From the NCBI GenBank assembly GCA_040285825.1, contig JAUPSS010000003.1, positions 2,728,001 to 2,792,000 of the forward strand: DNA of 64,000 nucleotides. The letters run 5' to 3'. Source of the DNA: Eukaryota sp. TZLM1-RC (Eukaryota > Protista > Metamonada: BaSk clade). The notes under the pieces were generated by a model. That model saw only the letters and a program-made list of their open reading frames with translations, was not told the origin of the DNA and did not search any database. Each line of letters begins with the position of its first letter. Positions within the stretch are counted from its first letter, which is position 1. The position numbers were made by a program, and so were the translations under genes. This document shows positions 23,925-36,700 of this stretch, piece by piece.

Positions 23925-25082
23925 GGGTATTATTAAACTATTTATCAAATGTACAAAGCCGGCAATTCTGAATTTCAAAATTCCTGAAATTGTATACTCT
24001 GCAGCTTGACAACTTATACACAACTTATACAAAGCTGTAGAAATAACCGAGACGGCTGTACACGAAACCGTTTCCCCATAGTAATGCTAAGTAGTATGAA
24101 ATCATTACCCTTGCACATCTCATAACAACAATCGTGGCACCTATTGTGGATAATGTATATATGTTTTTGGCACAATTGACCACTTGGTGATAATTACTAT
24201 TATTTGCTTGTAGAACATCTTTTAAGACATTTACTAATATGAAGAAAAAGTTATTAATTTCAATTCTCATTTGCATGATTATATAAATTTCAGTCATTGT
24301 TTACACTATTGATTTGTTGTTCACGTGTGAAATGTTGTAGAAAATGGAATATAAAAGTTTTCTTTCAATAATTATTGATTATTGGGAATAATGTTATATA
24401 CAATAATTTTTGTTACAAACGCTAATCACAAAACCCAAAATTTCGAGGCACAGTGGTGACAAACAGTGTTGAAACAGATGTATTAGCCAATCAAAAACCT
24501 GTTAACTGTTTGTTTATGGGTATATATTTTGATCAAATACAGTTGATCTATATAAATATTCATTTTTAAGAATATTTTATAATATAATATTTTATTATTA
24601 ATAATATATAATATATATAAGATGCTTTTCGTGAATCTGATGCTGTATTAATCTAACGGCACTGATCAATTTACAATTGATTTATCGGTCCATATAATCT
24701 AAGGTTTCTCAATTAAACAGAAGCTTTATGCCTAAAAAACATTAAACATAAACAATTCTCTAAAGGCTTTTGAATAATTCTTCTATAAAACTTGTTGTTT
24801 CAAATCACACACTTCAAGAGAATTTGGTCTATAGGAATTTATTAATTTATTAATTTATTAATTGTTTATCTGTGTTGTTTTGTTTTAGCATATCAATATC
24901 ATATTATATCAACAACAGAGTCTGTCAATAGAAAGTTGAGGTAAAAGTTATCGAAATCAATCAAAAAATCAATCAAAAAGGTCTATGTATTCTTTGTGGT
25001 TTTCAAACCACATCATATTACATAAATTAATCCTCTGTTACCCTTTTTCAATTACTTATTCTATTGTTTTTATTCACAAGCA

Positions 25083-27330
25083 TTACCTGGAAAGCTCATT
25101 AAAAGCAGAAACCCAATCATCCCGCTTTCCTTCACCTTCACAACAAAATCTCAACACACACTCAGAGCCATTCACTATCCACGTAAACAAACCCTCTGAG
25201 CAACCCTCTGCTTGGGCAGAACACCCAAAGAGAGGGAAAGTGGTGGTTTCAGGTGAAAGACAGGTTGAATTGGAATGGGAAATGATTAAGGTTTGATTGT
25301 TGAGCGTAATAAATCGTTTATTCCAAATCCCATCAGAAGATAATATGAACACCCAGCCAGATTTATCAACGAATGACACGTCATCGGATGTCATTTGATT
25401 GTCGATTTGATTGGGGGAAGCAGCAACGAGTTCTTGGTTATGTGAAAAAGCCACGTTTTGGATACACCCCATCCATTTTTGCAAAAGTGCGGGTGTCGAA
25501 GCTGACAGAACAACACGTGGCAGTGACGTGTCAACTGACGAGAAGAGCTCGAAACAATTGGACCTTCCCTCATCCATAACATTTACAATCCTCACATCAG
25601 GGGTAATTGGTATCGAATTCTGAGGTACTGAATCCTTTTCATTATGATAATACGAAAGCAATCTACTCGCAGAGTCTAAGACAAACCACCTCTCCTTCCA
25701 CTTGCACTTTGAGGTTTTTTTAAACAACCACCCTTGAATTTCTATTTTTTGATGGGTTAATTCCACTTTTTTTTTCTTCGTAAACCAATTACTGACCAAG
25801 GATCTCCTTTTTCTACTAAACATGGACTGACTAGCTATAGGTTCACTTAATTGAACAGAGGAAACAGTAACTGCTTGCGGATTGACACTAGGTTGATTAG
25901 TATTTGAATTAGACAATTTATCTTCCAATTCAGTCACTTTTTTGGTTTTGGTTTGTAATGTCTTCATTAAAGCTGATAATAATTCACTATGTTGGCTTTT
26001 TTCTAAATGCAGACGATCTAGAACCTCCTTGCAGTTACTACAAGGGGAATCGGAAGTTGATTGGGGATGATTGACTGGGATTTCTGACCCGGTCAAGAAC
26101 TGATCAAATAAACTTTCCCATGCTGGATTGATGACAGTCAAGAACTCCCTCAACAAGGAAACCTCCAACGCCTTTTCCTCTACTTCATTTTTTAAGAGCA
26201 CTATTTGCTTATTCAAATCATCAATCGAATCAACCTTGTTGACCCTCACGAAATTGGAAACTCTCGACACTCGTGACGCGAACTGTAGAGTCGATACCGT
26301 CTCTTGTAGATCTTCCCTATCTAACGAAACATTACAGTAGACCAAGCAGTTACTGTTGCCCCCCAATGAATCCCGCAACGTCATTGTAAGTTTTGACTCT
26401 CTGTAAGGTATGTGTGGAGTTTGATCAACAATGGCTCGGATGACGTTACCCAAGGTCGATAACGACAGGTTGATCTTCTTTGCTTCCTCCAATCTTGCTC
26501 CTTCACATTCAGTCCGTGAAACACGTTCAGAGCCAGCCAAATCTGCCACATTTAACCTAGATGAAAGAGTGAAGACTCCAGTCGAAGAAGAGATTTTTTG
26601 AATAATGTTTATTATGGCGAGGACGTGTGATCGTGAGGAAGTCTTATTCATTCTGGTCGTAGCAGTTGATCTATTGGAGAGTCCGGAAGAAAGCAAAGAG
26701 ATGAGACTGGAAGAGGAGTCGACGAGATGTGTCGAGAGGTTCTGGACGAAGATACCCTAGAGTGAGTCATGTGCAAAACTGCCAAACCTTAACCACGTCT
26801 TCTCTTATGGCTAGAGGCTCACCATCGTGTAAGAGGTCCTGAAGAGATTCTTTGTATATCTGGAGAAGGGAGACAGAGACGGTAGTGTTGGATGAAGGGT
26901 TTGAATCAATTGTAGAGAAGATTTGTTCAGCTGCACGGGGGAGGATGCCTTTAAGGTCAGGATCAGTTAGAGCGCCGCCAGAAAGAATGGTATGGGTTTT
27001 ACCACTGCCAGTCAGGCCATAAGCAAAGACAGTAGCGTTTATGCCAGTGAAAACAAGATCAACTAATGACTCAACTGGAGTGTAAACATCTGCTTGTGTA
27101 GCTGAAGGTAGAAAGATGCCGTCCAGAGAGGTTTGGTGCAGAATTTTAGAAGAATTTTTAATAATGACAGTATGTGGATATTGGTTGGAATCAGGATCTA
27201 CTTGACCTTCGGAGTTGAAGAATTCTATTGCTGTATCATCAAGTGTAGATGAAGGTATACAGTTTTCAAATGCTGCAAGTTGACTGCGTGGGGGACGCAC
27301 ACGAAGAAAGACCTTGACTGTAGATTCCAT
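25083..27330 (-). CDS. Kinesin motor protein with coiled coil and two C-terminal PH domains; 1 intron
   Basis: VKVFLRVRP, P-loop AYGLTGSGKT, SSRSH, DLAGSE and HIPYRESKLT. PH1 IQGWLFKK…WKERWFVL…W; PH2 KSGWV…WNKRF…WVSAF. Intron 26757-26787 (GT-AG). About 738 aa. Confidence 0.9.
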
Positions 27331-27453
27331 AGTATAGGTACTGGTAGTATTTTGAGGGGTCGATTCAGTTTGAAAGTTGGGGGTAAATTTTCTTTTTTTT
27401 AAATCAGATTCATTCTCAACATTTTAATATACCCATTCATTGGAGCTGAGCAA

Positions 27454-27884
27454 ATGCCCTCTCTGCTTCTACAGATTGTTCTGTTTCTTCATGCATGGTC
27501 TTTACCCCTCTTTATCTTAATTTTTGGAGGTTCTATCTTCTATAAGCTGTACTACTTACCATCTATACCTGGTTGCTCTTCTGGTGCCTTCCCGTTGCTT
27601 GTCTACATTGTTTCTGAACTTTCTCGACTCTATTTTGCTTCTAGAGGCCATCGTAACTCCACTCCTGGCCCTCTACTCGCCGGACTTATCCTGAGCTCTG
27701 GTCCCCTGCTTATAATGTGGTACGTTCGGAGCTTTCAGTGCTTTGTGTATGTTTACCAGACCCCACTCACTCCAGTCTAAAGGTTGAGGATTACTCATCG
27801 TTAGTGATTATGGTTGCCGTGCTGATAGAAGTAATTCTCTTGATACTAGCTTATCTCAAGGTTCAAAAGGCTAAAAAGATTTGA
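27454..27884 (+). CDS. TMEM17/TMEM216-like ciliary transition-zone membrane protein; 1 intron
   Basis: SLLLQIVLF…K…LP…ELSRLYFASRGH…QCFV|LKVE, 4 TM segments, 133 aa after removing intron 27747-27775 (GT-AG). Head-to-head with the kinesin gene, 123 bp apart. Confidence 0.7.
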
Positions 27885-28267
27885 TTTCTTTGTGATAATT
27901 TGAAACTCTTTTTGAATTTGAATTTTTCTTTTTTGTTTTTCTCCATTTCGTATTTATTTATTTAATTTATTTTTCTTTTGTAATTAAACGGTATTTTGTT
28001 GCTTATCATTTATTGCATTTCCCATCATCAATATTTTTTGTCATTGTACCAGCTTGTGTTTTTTTTCATTAAACTCTACTATTCTTTTGTTGATTAATTA
28101 TACAGTTGGGTTCACATACAGAACTCACAGTACATCCCATGTGTCATAATGACTATGTACGTTTTGAATTTATTTAAAGATGCAAACAGGTTGGTCAGAT
28201 TGAAATTCTACAATGCAAATTTGCTCAAAACTTCCTCCAAGATTCATTAATCTAATACAATGTTTAA

Positions 28268-28939
28268 ATGAGTCGTCTTACTCTACGAGCGGTGGAACTG
28301 GAAAGAGATCTTCTCCAAAGTGAATGCCAAGCTCTGCGAGCAAAACTAAATCGTATGAAGACTACCCACGCTTCCGACGTTGAGTCCCTTCAACACATCT
28401 GTACTATTCAAGCAGAGACACTTCATGAAGCAGGCCTCGATCCACCAGTTGATACAACAATCCTACAATCATCAACCTCACCCATTATCCATTCAGAGGC
28501 TTTTGCTGTTCTAAACATGGAGAATACAGTCGAAACGTTGACAAATGACTTTTCAAAGGAATTATCCACTCTCCACACCGATTTAAACAATGTTATTGAT
28601 GAAAATGTTCGACTACGAGAGACTATCACGATGTCGGAAGCAGAAACACAGTCTACAAGGGAAGAACTAACTCGAGAAACTAACAACTTGTCCTCTCGTA
28701 TCTCTTCCTTGGAACTCGCTTTGGCAGTTTCTGAAGAGAATGTGCGAATGGTGAGGAGAGACCGTGATGATGCGATATCACATGTAGAACAATTGCAATC
28801 GGAGCTGAGAAGACTGGTTGGAAGTACTGATGTTGAAGGGAATGAAGCTTTGGTTCTGGATTTGTTTAATGTTTTGTCACTTTTGGGGGGTGAGTATGAG
28901 GATTTTGAAGAGGAGGCGGTTTCTTCTGATGATGATTAG
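28268..28939 (+). CDS. Coiled-coil protein of unknown function
   Basis: 223-aa intact ORF with heptad pattern, acidic end and coding-like composition. Confidence 0.7.
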   Translation: MSRLTLRAVELERDLLQSECQALRAKLNRMKTTHASDVESLQHICTIQAETLHEAGLDPPVDTTILQSSTSPIIHSEAFAVLNMENTVETLTNDFSKELSTLHTDLNNVIDENVRLRETITMSEAETQSTREELTRETNNLSSRISSLELALAVSEENVRMVRRDRDDAISHVEQLQSELRRLVGSTDVEGNEALVLDLFNVLSLLGGEYEDFEEEAVSSDDD

Positions 28940-29700
28940 TTTTTGATGATTTACTTGTATATAATTGTGTTTTGAATCATTTGGATAGGATAAAATTAAG
29001 TTAATCTTTTTTTATGTTTTTACATTCAAAGTCAATGCAGAAATTTGAACAAAATGAAGATGGTGGAAGTGTACCTTATCAATCTTAAAACAGTTGAACA
29101 TGACATATTGTCTTATAATGATTCGTTAGTATTTGAAAAACTTATAGATGTAGACAAATAGAAAAAATAAACAACTTGTTGGTTCGACAATAGATTGAAA
29201 ATGATGATGAAAGAAATGCAGTCTCATTTCATCAAGAATATGGATTACTTGATGTAGAGTTTCAACCAGAAATACTGTATTATCATTTCGCCACAATTCA
29301 GTAGTTTCGATTGGTTTTAAAAGCTGAACAAATTCTTTTTTGCAGAATGGACAACAAAGATTAATATTTTAATATTTTAGAATGCTTTTGTTAAGTATCA
29401 AATTTATGATGCTCATTACTAAATAATTTATTGAATTTGAAAATTTACATAAATAAACAACTCATTATTAATGAATAAAAAAATCGTAAAATGTCAAATT
29501 GTAGAAATTTGAACTACTCGTTAAAAAAGGTAGGGGTATTACTACCGTGATTTGTGGCATGACTTGAAAAGGATGTTTGAAGCATGAAAACAGCAGTGTG
29601 TGGAATCCTTATGATAGAGAAAGAAATTCACCTCAAATATGCTTTTGAAATGAACATTCACAGATGGAGAAAAATTCTCCATTCTCAAATTCTTCTTAAA

Positions 29701-30168
29701 ATGGGCTTTTTTGGTAGAAATAAAGAACCTTCTTTCCTAGATGACATTGGTGACAGTTTGCGCTTGAGCAAGAAGACACGCATGCGCGGTTTTATCATCT
29801 GCTTTTCTATAGGTCTATTGTGTACAATGGGATCTCTTTTCCTCCTCCCAATGGCAGTCATTAGCTCTACATTCTTCGCATTGGTCTATTCAGTTGGCCA
29901 CCTTATGTCTATTTCTGCCACATTCTTTTTGTTTGGACCCAGTAAGCAGCTCAAGAAGATGTTTAAGCCTAAACGGGCCATTGCTTCTATCTCGTACATT
30001 GGCTCTGTGTTCCTTGTACTGTTCTTGGCCCTTAAGGACACTCCGATGCCTGTTCTCATCTTCTTGGTAATTGTTTCGTTCTGTTGTCTCTTGTACTATG
30101 TTGCTTCTTACATACCCTTTGCTCAACGGTGTCTTCGAAGCACTGCTTCTTCTGTAATTTCTGTTTAG
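29701..30168 (+). CDS. SFT2: Vesicle transport protein SFT2 (Got1/Sft2 family)
   Basis: LSKKTRMRGFIICF…FALVYSVG…TFFLFGP.KQLKKMF…R…YVASYIPFA, with 4 TM segments. Confidence 0.9.
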   Translation: MGFFGRNKEPSFLDDIGDSLRLSKKTRMRGFIICFSIGLLCTMGSLFLLPMAVISSTFFALVYSVGHLMSISATFFLFGPSKQLKKMFKPKRAIASISYIGSVFLVLFLALKDTPMPVLIFLVIVSFCCLLYYVASYIPFAQRCLRSTASSVISV

Positions 30169-30758
30169 GACTTGATACTTATAAATTGATGTTGCTTCAA
30201 TCGCTTTTTGTATTTTCCTTTTTTCACAAAAATACAATATACCAAACATTTGCTTTGTAACAATGCACACATCCAACCCTAGGACATTTTCTTTTGGACA
30301 CCATACTGTTGCATATACTTTGAATCTAACAGCTCAGTTTGTCAACAATTTTTTTATCAAACAACAGCATGTTCTTGCAGTTCATAGTGATTGGATCTGA
30401 TTTTTTATAATGTATTTTAATTTTTGAGAATTGGTACATTTAATAAGCAAGAATAATTATAATTTTAAACGTACACAGTCACTGATTGGTAATTGTGATG
30501 TAATTCTTTTCATAACGCAGAAAGACAGAAAGAAGAAAGGAAAGGCGGTCTAAACCATATCTTTTGGTTTGCTGACTTTGTTACACAAAGGGTTCACAAC
30601 TACTAACTGACAAAAGTAATGCTTGATACTTACTTTTACATCCTGGTGACAAAGGGACTATTTGGATTAGGGGTCACGCTTGTGATGTTTAAAGAAACCT
30701 GAATTTAATGTGATGAATCACAATTCATAATTTTTGATAGGGTAATCCACAAAGTTCA

Positions 30759-33700
30759 ATGCCATCTGCAAGGACCACTGATTACAAGGAATTCGTTAAT
30801 GAGCTTGAAAACGGAGTGTCTTCATTGGGATGGCTGTACAACATTCAGCAATATTCAATAACAGATCCTGAACTAGGTGTTCAACGCTCTGCCATCTCTT
30901 GTTTTTTCGTCTCTGACACTGGCTCCAACTTCAAAGTTAACATTCCTTTCCAACCCTACTTTTATATTGAAGTCAACTCAGATTCTCAACATCATCCTTC
31001 TGCTTCTGTCCTTGCTGATGTAGAACACCTCCTCCGCCGTCGTCTAGATAACTTTGCCCATATTGAACAAGTGATCAAGGAAGATCTCACCAAAGCCAAC
31101 CACTTAATAGACAGAGGCGCTACCTTCTTAAAAGTCTCCTTTCACAATACACTGGAGCATAACACAGCTGTTAGAGAAGTCCAAAAACTTTTAAAAATAG
31201 ATTCCAATTCTAAATTAGGGGGGACAACCCGAAACATTATTGCTATCAGAGAATTTGACGTTTCTCTTACACAAAGAGCTACCATTGATCTTAATCTCCG
31301 CGTTGGTTACTGGTATAAAGTATTCACAGAACTCGGCCATCCAAGCGTTGAGTTGCAAAGTGATTTGGTTGAACGTGCACAATTGAGAGTGTTGGCGTAT
31401 GATATTGAAACAACAAAAGCCCCGCTCAAGTTTCCAGACGCTAATGTTGACGTGATAATGATGATTTCTTATATGATTGATGGTCACGGGTACTTAATTA
31501 CTAATAGAGAAGTTGTTTCTGAAGACATTTCTGATTTTGATTTTAATCCAATGCCGGAATATCAGGGGAATTTTAAAGTTTTTAATGAATTGAATGAGAA
31601 GTTATTAATTGAAAGGTTTATTGACCACATAAAAGAAGAAGATCCTCATGTTATTGTCACCTATAATGGTGATTTTTTTGATTTTCCTTTTGTTGACAAG
31701 AGAGCAGCTCACCATGGGATCAGTCTTGAAAATTTAACAGGTTTTTCAAACACTGGGACTGAAACCTCCAAACAGTACACGGCGAGGTCTATTCTTCATT
31801 TAGATTGTTTTTACTGGGTTAAAAGGGACTCTTATTTACCTCAGGGTTCTCATGGTTTAAAAGCAGTTACCAAAGCTAAGTTGGGCTTTGATCCTTATGA
31901 AATTGATCCAGAATTGATGGTTCCATATGCTAAAGAAAAACCCCAGTATCTGGCCTCTTATTCGGTATCAGATGCTCTCTGTACCTATTATCTTTATTTC
32001 AAGTATATTCATGGATTTATCTTTTCTCTTTGTAACATCGTTCCTTATTCCCCTGATGAGGTACTACGGAAAGGTAGTGGGGCGCTCTGTGAAGCGCTGC
32101 TTATGGCTAGAGCCTTTAATGATAACATTATAGCCCCTGACAAGCAATCGGATTTGGGATTAAAATATGGGGATGATGGGTTCATTATCGATACGGAAAC
32201 CTATGTTGGGGCTAGGGTTGAGGCTCTTACAAGTGGAGTGTTTAGGAAGGATATTCCAATCAAATTTGATTGTAATCCAGATGCTTTTGATGAGTTGATT
32301 GATAAGTTAGATGGTGATTTGCGGTTTGCACTGGAAAAGGAAGGTGGAATTCAGTTGTCCGATGTTGTCAACTATGAAGAAATTAGGGATCAAATAAGAC
32401 AAAAACTTGAAAATTTAAAAAATTCGCCATCCAGAACCGAGTGCCCTTTAATTTACCACTTGGATGTTGGTGCAATGTACCCTAATATCATTCTTACTAA
32501 TAGACTACAACCTTGCTCAGTGGTTTCAGAAAGGGATTGTTTGGGTTGCGGGTTTAATGAACCTGGTGCAAAGTGTAAAAGAAAAATGCAGTGGGTGTGG
32601 CGAGGGCAAATGTTTCCCTTGAAAAAGGGAGACTTTGTTCAAATTAAGAACCAACTATTGTCAGAAGATCCTGAATTTAATTCCAAAACAGATGCTGAAA
32701 AAGCTAGCTTGTACAGAAAAAGACTGTCATTAAAGTCAAGGAAAACCCATACTGCCATTCACAAGGTTGTGGAGGAGGTTCGTGACGTCACCATTTGCCA
32801 AAAAGAAAATCCCTTTTATGTCAATACGGTGCGAATGTTTAGAGATCGAAGATATGAATATAAGGCCAAGCAGAAACAATGGAAGGCTAAACTAAGTCAA
32901 TGCCAGAGTCCTTTGGAAATTGATCATGCAAAGGGAATGATTGTCATTTATGACTCTCTTCAATTAGCTCACAAATGTATTCTCAACTCTTTCTATGGTT
33001 ATGTTATGAGGTCAGGGTCAAGGTGGCATTCCATAGAGATGGCAGGGGTGGTAACGAATACTGGTGTGGAGATTATTACACAAGCAAGAAAGTTGGTTGA
33101 ACGAATAGGAGTTCCCTTAGAGTTAGATACAGATGGTATCTGGTGTATGCTGCCATCCTCTTTTCCTGAAGACCATAACTTTCAATTAACCAATGGTAAA
33201 TCCTACACAATATCTTACCCTTGTGTCATGTTGAATGCTGATGTCGACGCCACATTTACTAATCCTCAATACCACCATGAAGTCCTCGCTGAAGATCAAA
33301 AGCCCATGTTTGATAAGAAAGGTCGGCCCAAATATGAGTTAAAGCCCGAATGCTCAATCTTTTTCGAAGTTGATGGTCCTTATCGAGCAATGATTCTGCC
33401 AGCTAGTACTGAAGAAGGAAGGTTATTGAAGAAACGCTATGCCGTGTTCAATGATGATGGATCTCTCGCTGAGTTGAAGGGGTTTGAGATTAAAAGAAGA
33501 GGTGAATTACAATTAATAAAGCTTTTCCAACAAGAAGTTTTCAAAGTTTTCTTGGAAGGAAATACTTTGGATGAATGCTACAAAGCCGTCGGTTCAGTAG
33601 CAAACAAGTGGCTAACTGTGCTTCATTCAAAAGGAGAAATGTTACAAGATGAAGAGGTTGTAGATCTTTTATCTGAAAGTAAAAATATGTCAAAAAATCT

Positions 33701-36700
33701 CTCTGATTATGGAGATCAGAAAAGTGTTGCTATAACTACCGCCAAGAAACTCGCAGAGTGGTTGGGCAAGAGCATAACTGAAGATTCCTCTTTAGTTTGT
33801 AAGTTTTTCATTTCAAAATATCCAGCGGGGTTGGCTGTGAATGAAAGAGCTGTGCCTGTAAATATTTTCCACACCAGCACGGAAGTACAAAAAGAGTATT
33901 TAAGCAGGTGGTGTGGGGTTTTGGATTCCTACGAAATCAAGAGTTTAATTGACTGGGATTACTATCTGGACCGGTTTGAAACCACGGTTCGGAAGATCAT
34001 AACGATACCTGCTGCTTTACAGAAGATAAGCAACCCCTGTCCTTTAGTCAATCATCCTAGTTGGTTGCAAAAGAATTTAAAAGAAGAGAAGCAATCAAAA
34101 AATCAATTAAATTTGATTGATTTGTTTGCTGCTGGCAGAAAAAGAAATGCTGATCAGGAAGAAGAGCTCAAACGATCAAATATTGAATCATTTGACGAGT
34201 CAGTACCCGCTGCGGAATCCATCAACGATGAAGAGGTTATCGATCTTGAAGATGGTGATAATCAATCCTCAAACAAATCCAATCCAACCAAACTTAGTCA
34301 AATGAGTCTTTTTGGGCAAACAATGAAAAAGGTGCTGGTTTTTCCGCGAAATTCTTCTGAGGTTCCTGACTGGATCAAAAACATGAAGAAGTCTTGGGAG
34401 GTCAAGATAGAAAAACGAAGAGAGAGGAGGAATTTGTTCAAGAAGGCAAATTTTTCCTTCCCTGCTGGATGTGTTCATTCCAGGAAGCAGTTACTAAAAT
34501 TGGAGAGGGAGTCGACGTCATCAATGACCTCTATTCTCGGAGGGTCAAGTTCATCCAAAATTTCGTCAAATTCTACAGTAAGATCTTCTAGTCAACGTTT
34601 TGGATCAATCGAAGAAAGATTGGCTTCTGATACATGGAATATCCTTTCCTTAATCCCACTTGACAAATTCGGAAACTTCTCAGCCTGGGTTACAATTAAA
34701 GGTTCCTTAGTTTCAGTTAATATCACATTACCAAGAATTTTTTACATCCAATCTGGGTCTTCTGACTTCCCTCAAGGTCTTCCAGAATCTGTCGAGATTA
34801 AGAAGGTTTCCAAATCACCCCCAAGGGGAGATACTGGCCAGTCTTTTATGTTTGAAGTTGGAATGCCTGAGGAGCTTTTCCAAGAAAGAAGGGAAAAGGT
34901 GACTGGAATCAAGTATGCAAAAGATGTTTATGGAATTTTTGAAATTGACGTTCCGTTAGATTTTAGGGCAATTGTGAGGCTTGGGGCAAAATGCAGGGTC
35001 AACAATAACGTCAGCAGGTCATTAATCAGAGGACTTCGGTTGACTAATGATGGGTTTGCTTTAGGTGATTTAATTAAGGTGACTGGGGATCCCACCACAC
35101 CATTAGCACTTGAAAATTTGAGCATTCTTTATTGTACACTCGTCACTGCTGAGAAGAGATCAGTAGCTGCTGTGTTTTCGAGAAGATTTAAAAAATTACA
35201 TATTGTTTTTGCCAATGCAACTCTGAAAAGTGGTATAGCCGGAAATTTGACAGTGGATGACGTTATTGCGTGTAATCAATCATTTTCTGATTGGAATGTT
35301 TCGATTACAAACGCAAGATCCCATGCCGAAATTTTCGCAATCTTTGAAAAATTCATTCTCTCAGAAATTTCCTACAATTCTGGAACCAATTTTACCTTTC
35401 TTGTCAAACAAGGTGACGAATTAAGCTCAAAATGGAATGGTTCTACTTATTTTCCAAATATTACCCTCTCAAATTCCCCAAAAGATGTCAAGTCATTAAA
35501 TAATTCAGATTCCTTTACTTGGATGCCTAATGGGCTGCGAATGGTGATAGATCAACATAGTCAAGTAGATTCCCGACTGACATCAATGATTGATTACTCA
35601 CTGGGGGTCAACATTCCTTTATCAAATCTTTCAAATGATGTTGTTCTTCAATCATCTGATGTTTTCCTTGCTCGACTGCTGAATGACGATAACCATTTGC
35701 TTTGGACAAGTGATTCGTCAGTGGTAACATCCACAAGCTCAATTTTTAAAATTTTGAACCCCAATTCTGACCGTGTTCCTGTACAAAGTGGGGTTTTCAG
35801 GACAACAACAGTAGATATAAGACTATATTTCTTCTTTGCCAATGCCTTAATGACTCAGAGTGTGACGAATTCCAGTAATTCATTATTAGAAAACAATGAT
35901 TTACAATTACAACAATCGCCTTGTTATAGTCAGTTGACGAAAATCGTTAAATTTTTAAATTTTTGCAGTAATAGAGCTCAATCCAATTTAATTGAAAGCA
36001 CAATTTGTAATGAAATTTTAAAGAATTTCGGTCGTTATATTTCTTCAAATCGATCTCTTCTATACGATCCTGAGCTCTTCTCGATCTGTGAAAGGATCAG
36101 TGCCTTGTCCCTCCAAAATTTTTGCACTTTCATCAAAGAAACCAGAGCCACTGTATTATTAGCTTCAACTGACAGCATCAAAATAAACACAATGAAAGAT
36201 TCTCGTCAATCTGCCCAACATTACGTTGAATCTCTAACTGAAGCATTGGCAAAGAATAACGAATTTGCCAATATTGAACTCAAAGCCAAGCAGTATCTTT
36301 CACCATTATTGCTCATTGATGCCACCAGTTTCATCGGCATCATTCAATCAGATTCGATTACCCATGACGGTCGACCTACCGGTTACTTACATTTGCTTAA
36401 TGATTCAAGGTTTGCAGAAGTGGCTGATACCGTCACTAAATTACTGGGTTATTACCTTACGGTGTCGCAAAAACTTTTAAATTATGTGGAAGATTATTCA
36501 GTCAATGGAACAATGCCTCCTTTTCCATTTGATCCCACCATGCTTTTGTCATTTGTGCAGCCTTTTGAAGGTATTTCTGAGGATCACAAGCTTTCTGTCG
36601 GTGCCCTGCGTGGTCTTTTTCATGGTAGTTTTGCTGACAATTATGATTTTCGAAAGGTAGCAGGTTTGGTGGCCAGGAAATTTTTCAGGAAAAGTAAGAA

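Noticed and set aside
29584-29700. N-terminal extensions given by the ORF track (SFT2 here; also PPAN, ubiquitin, CH protein, NCL)
   Set aside because: These lie in AT-rich upstream sequence, and homology begins at the downstream ATG used in the features.
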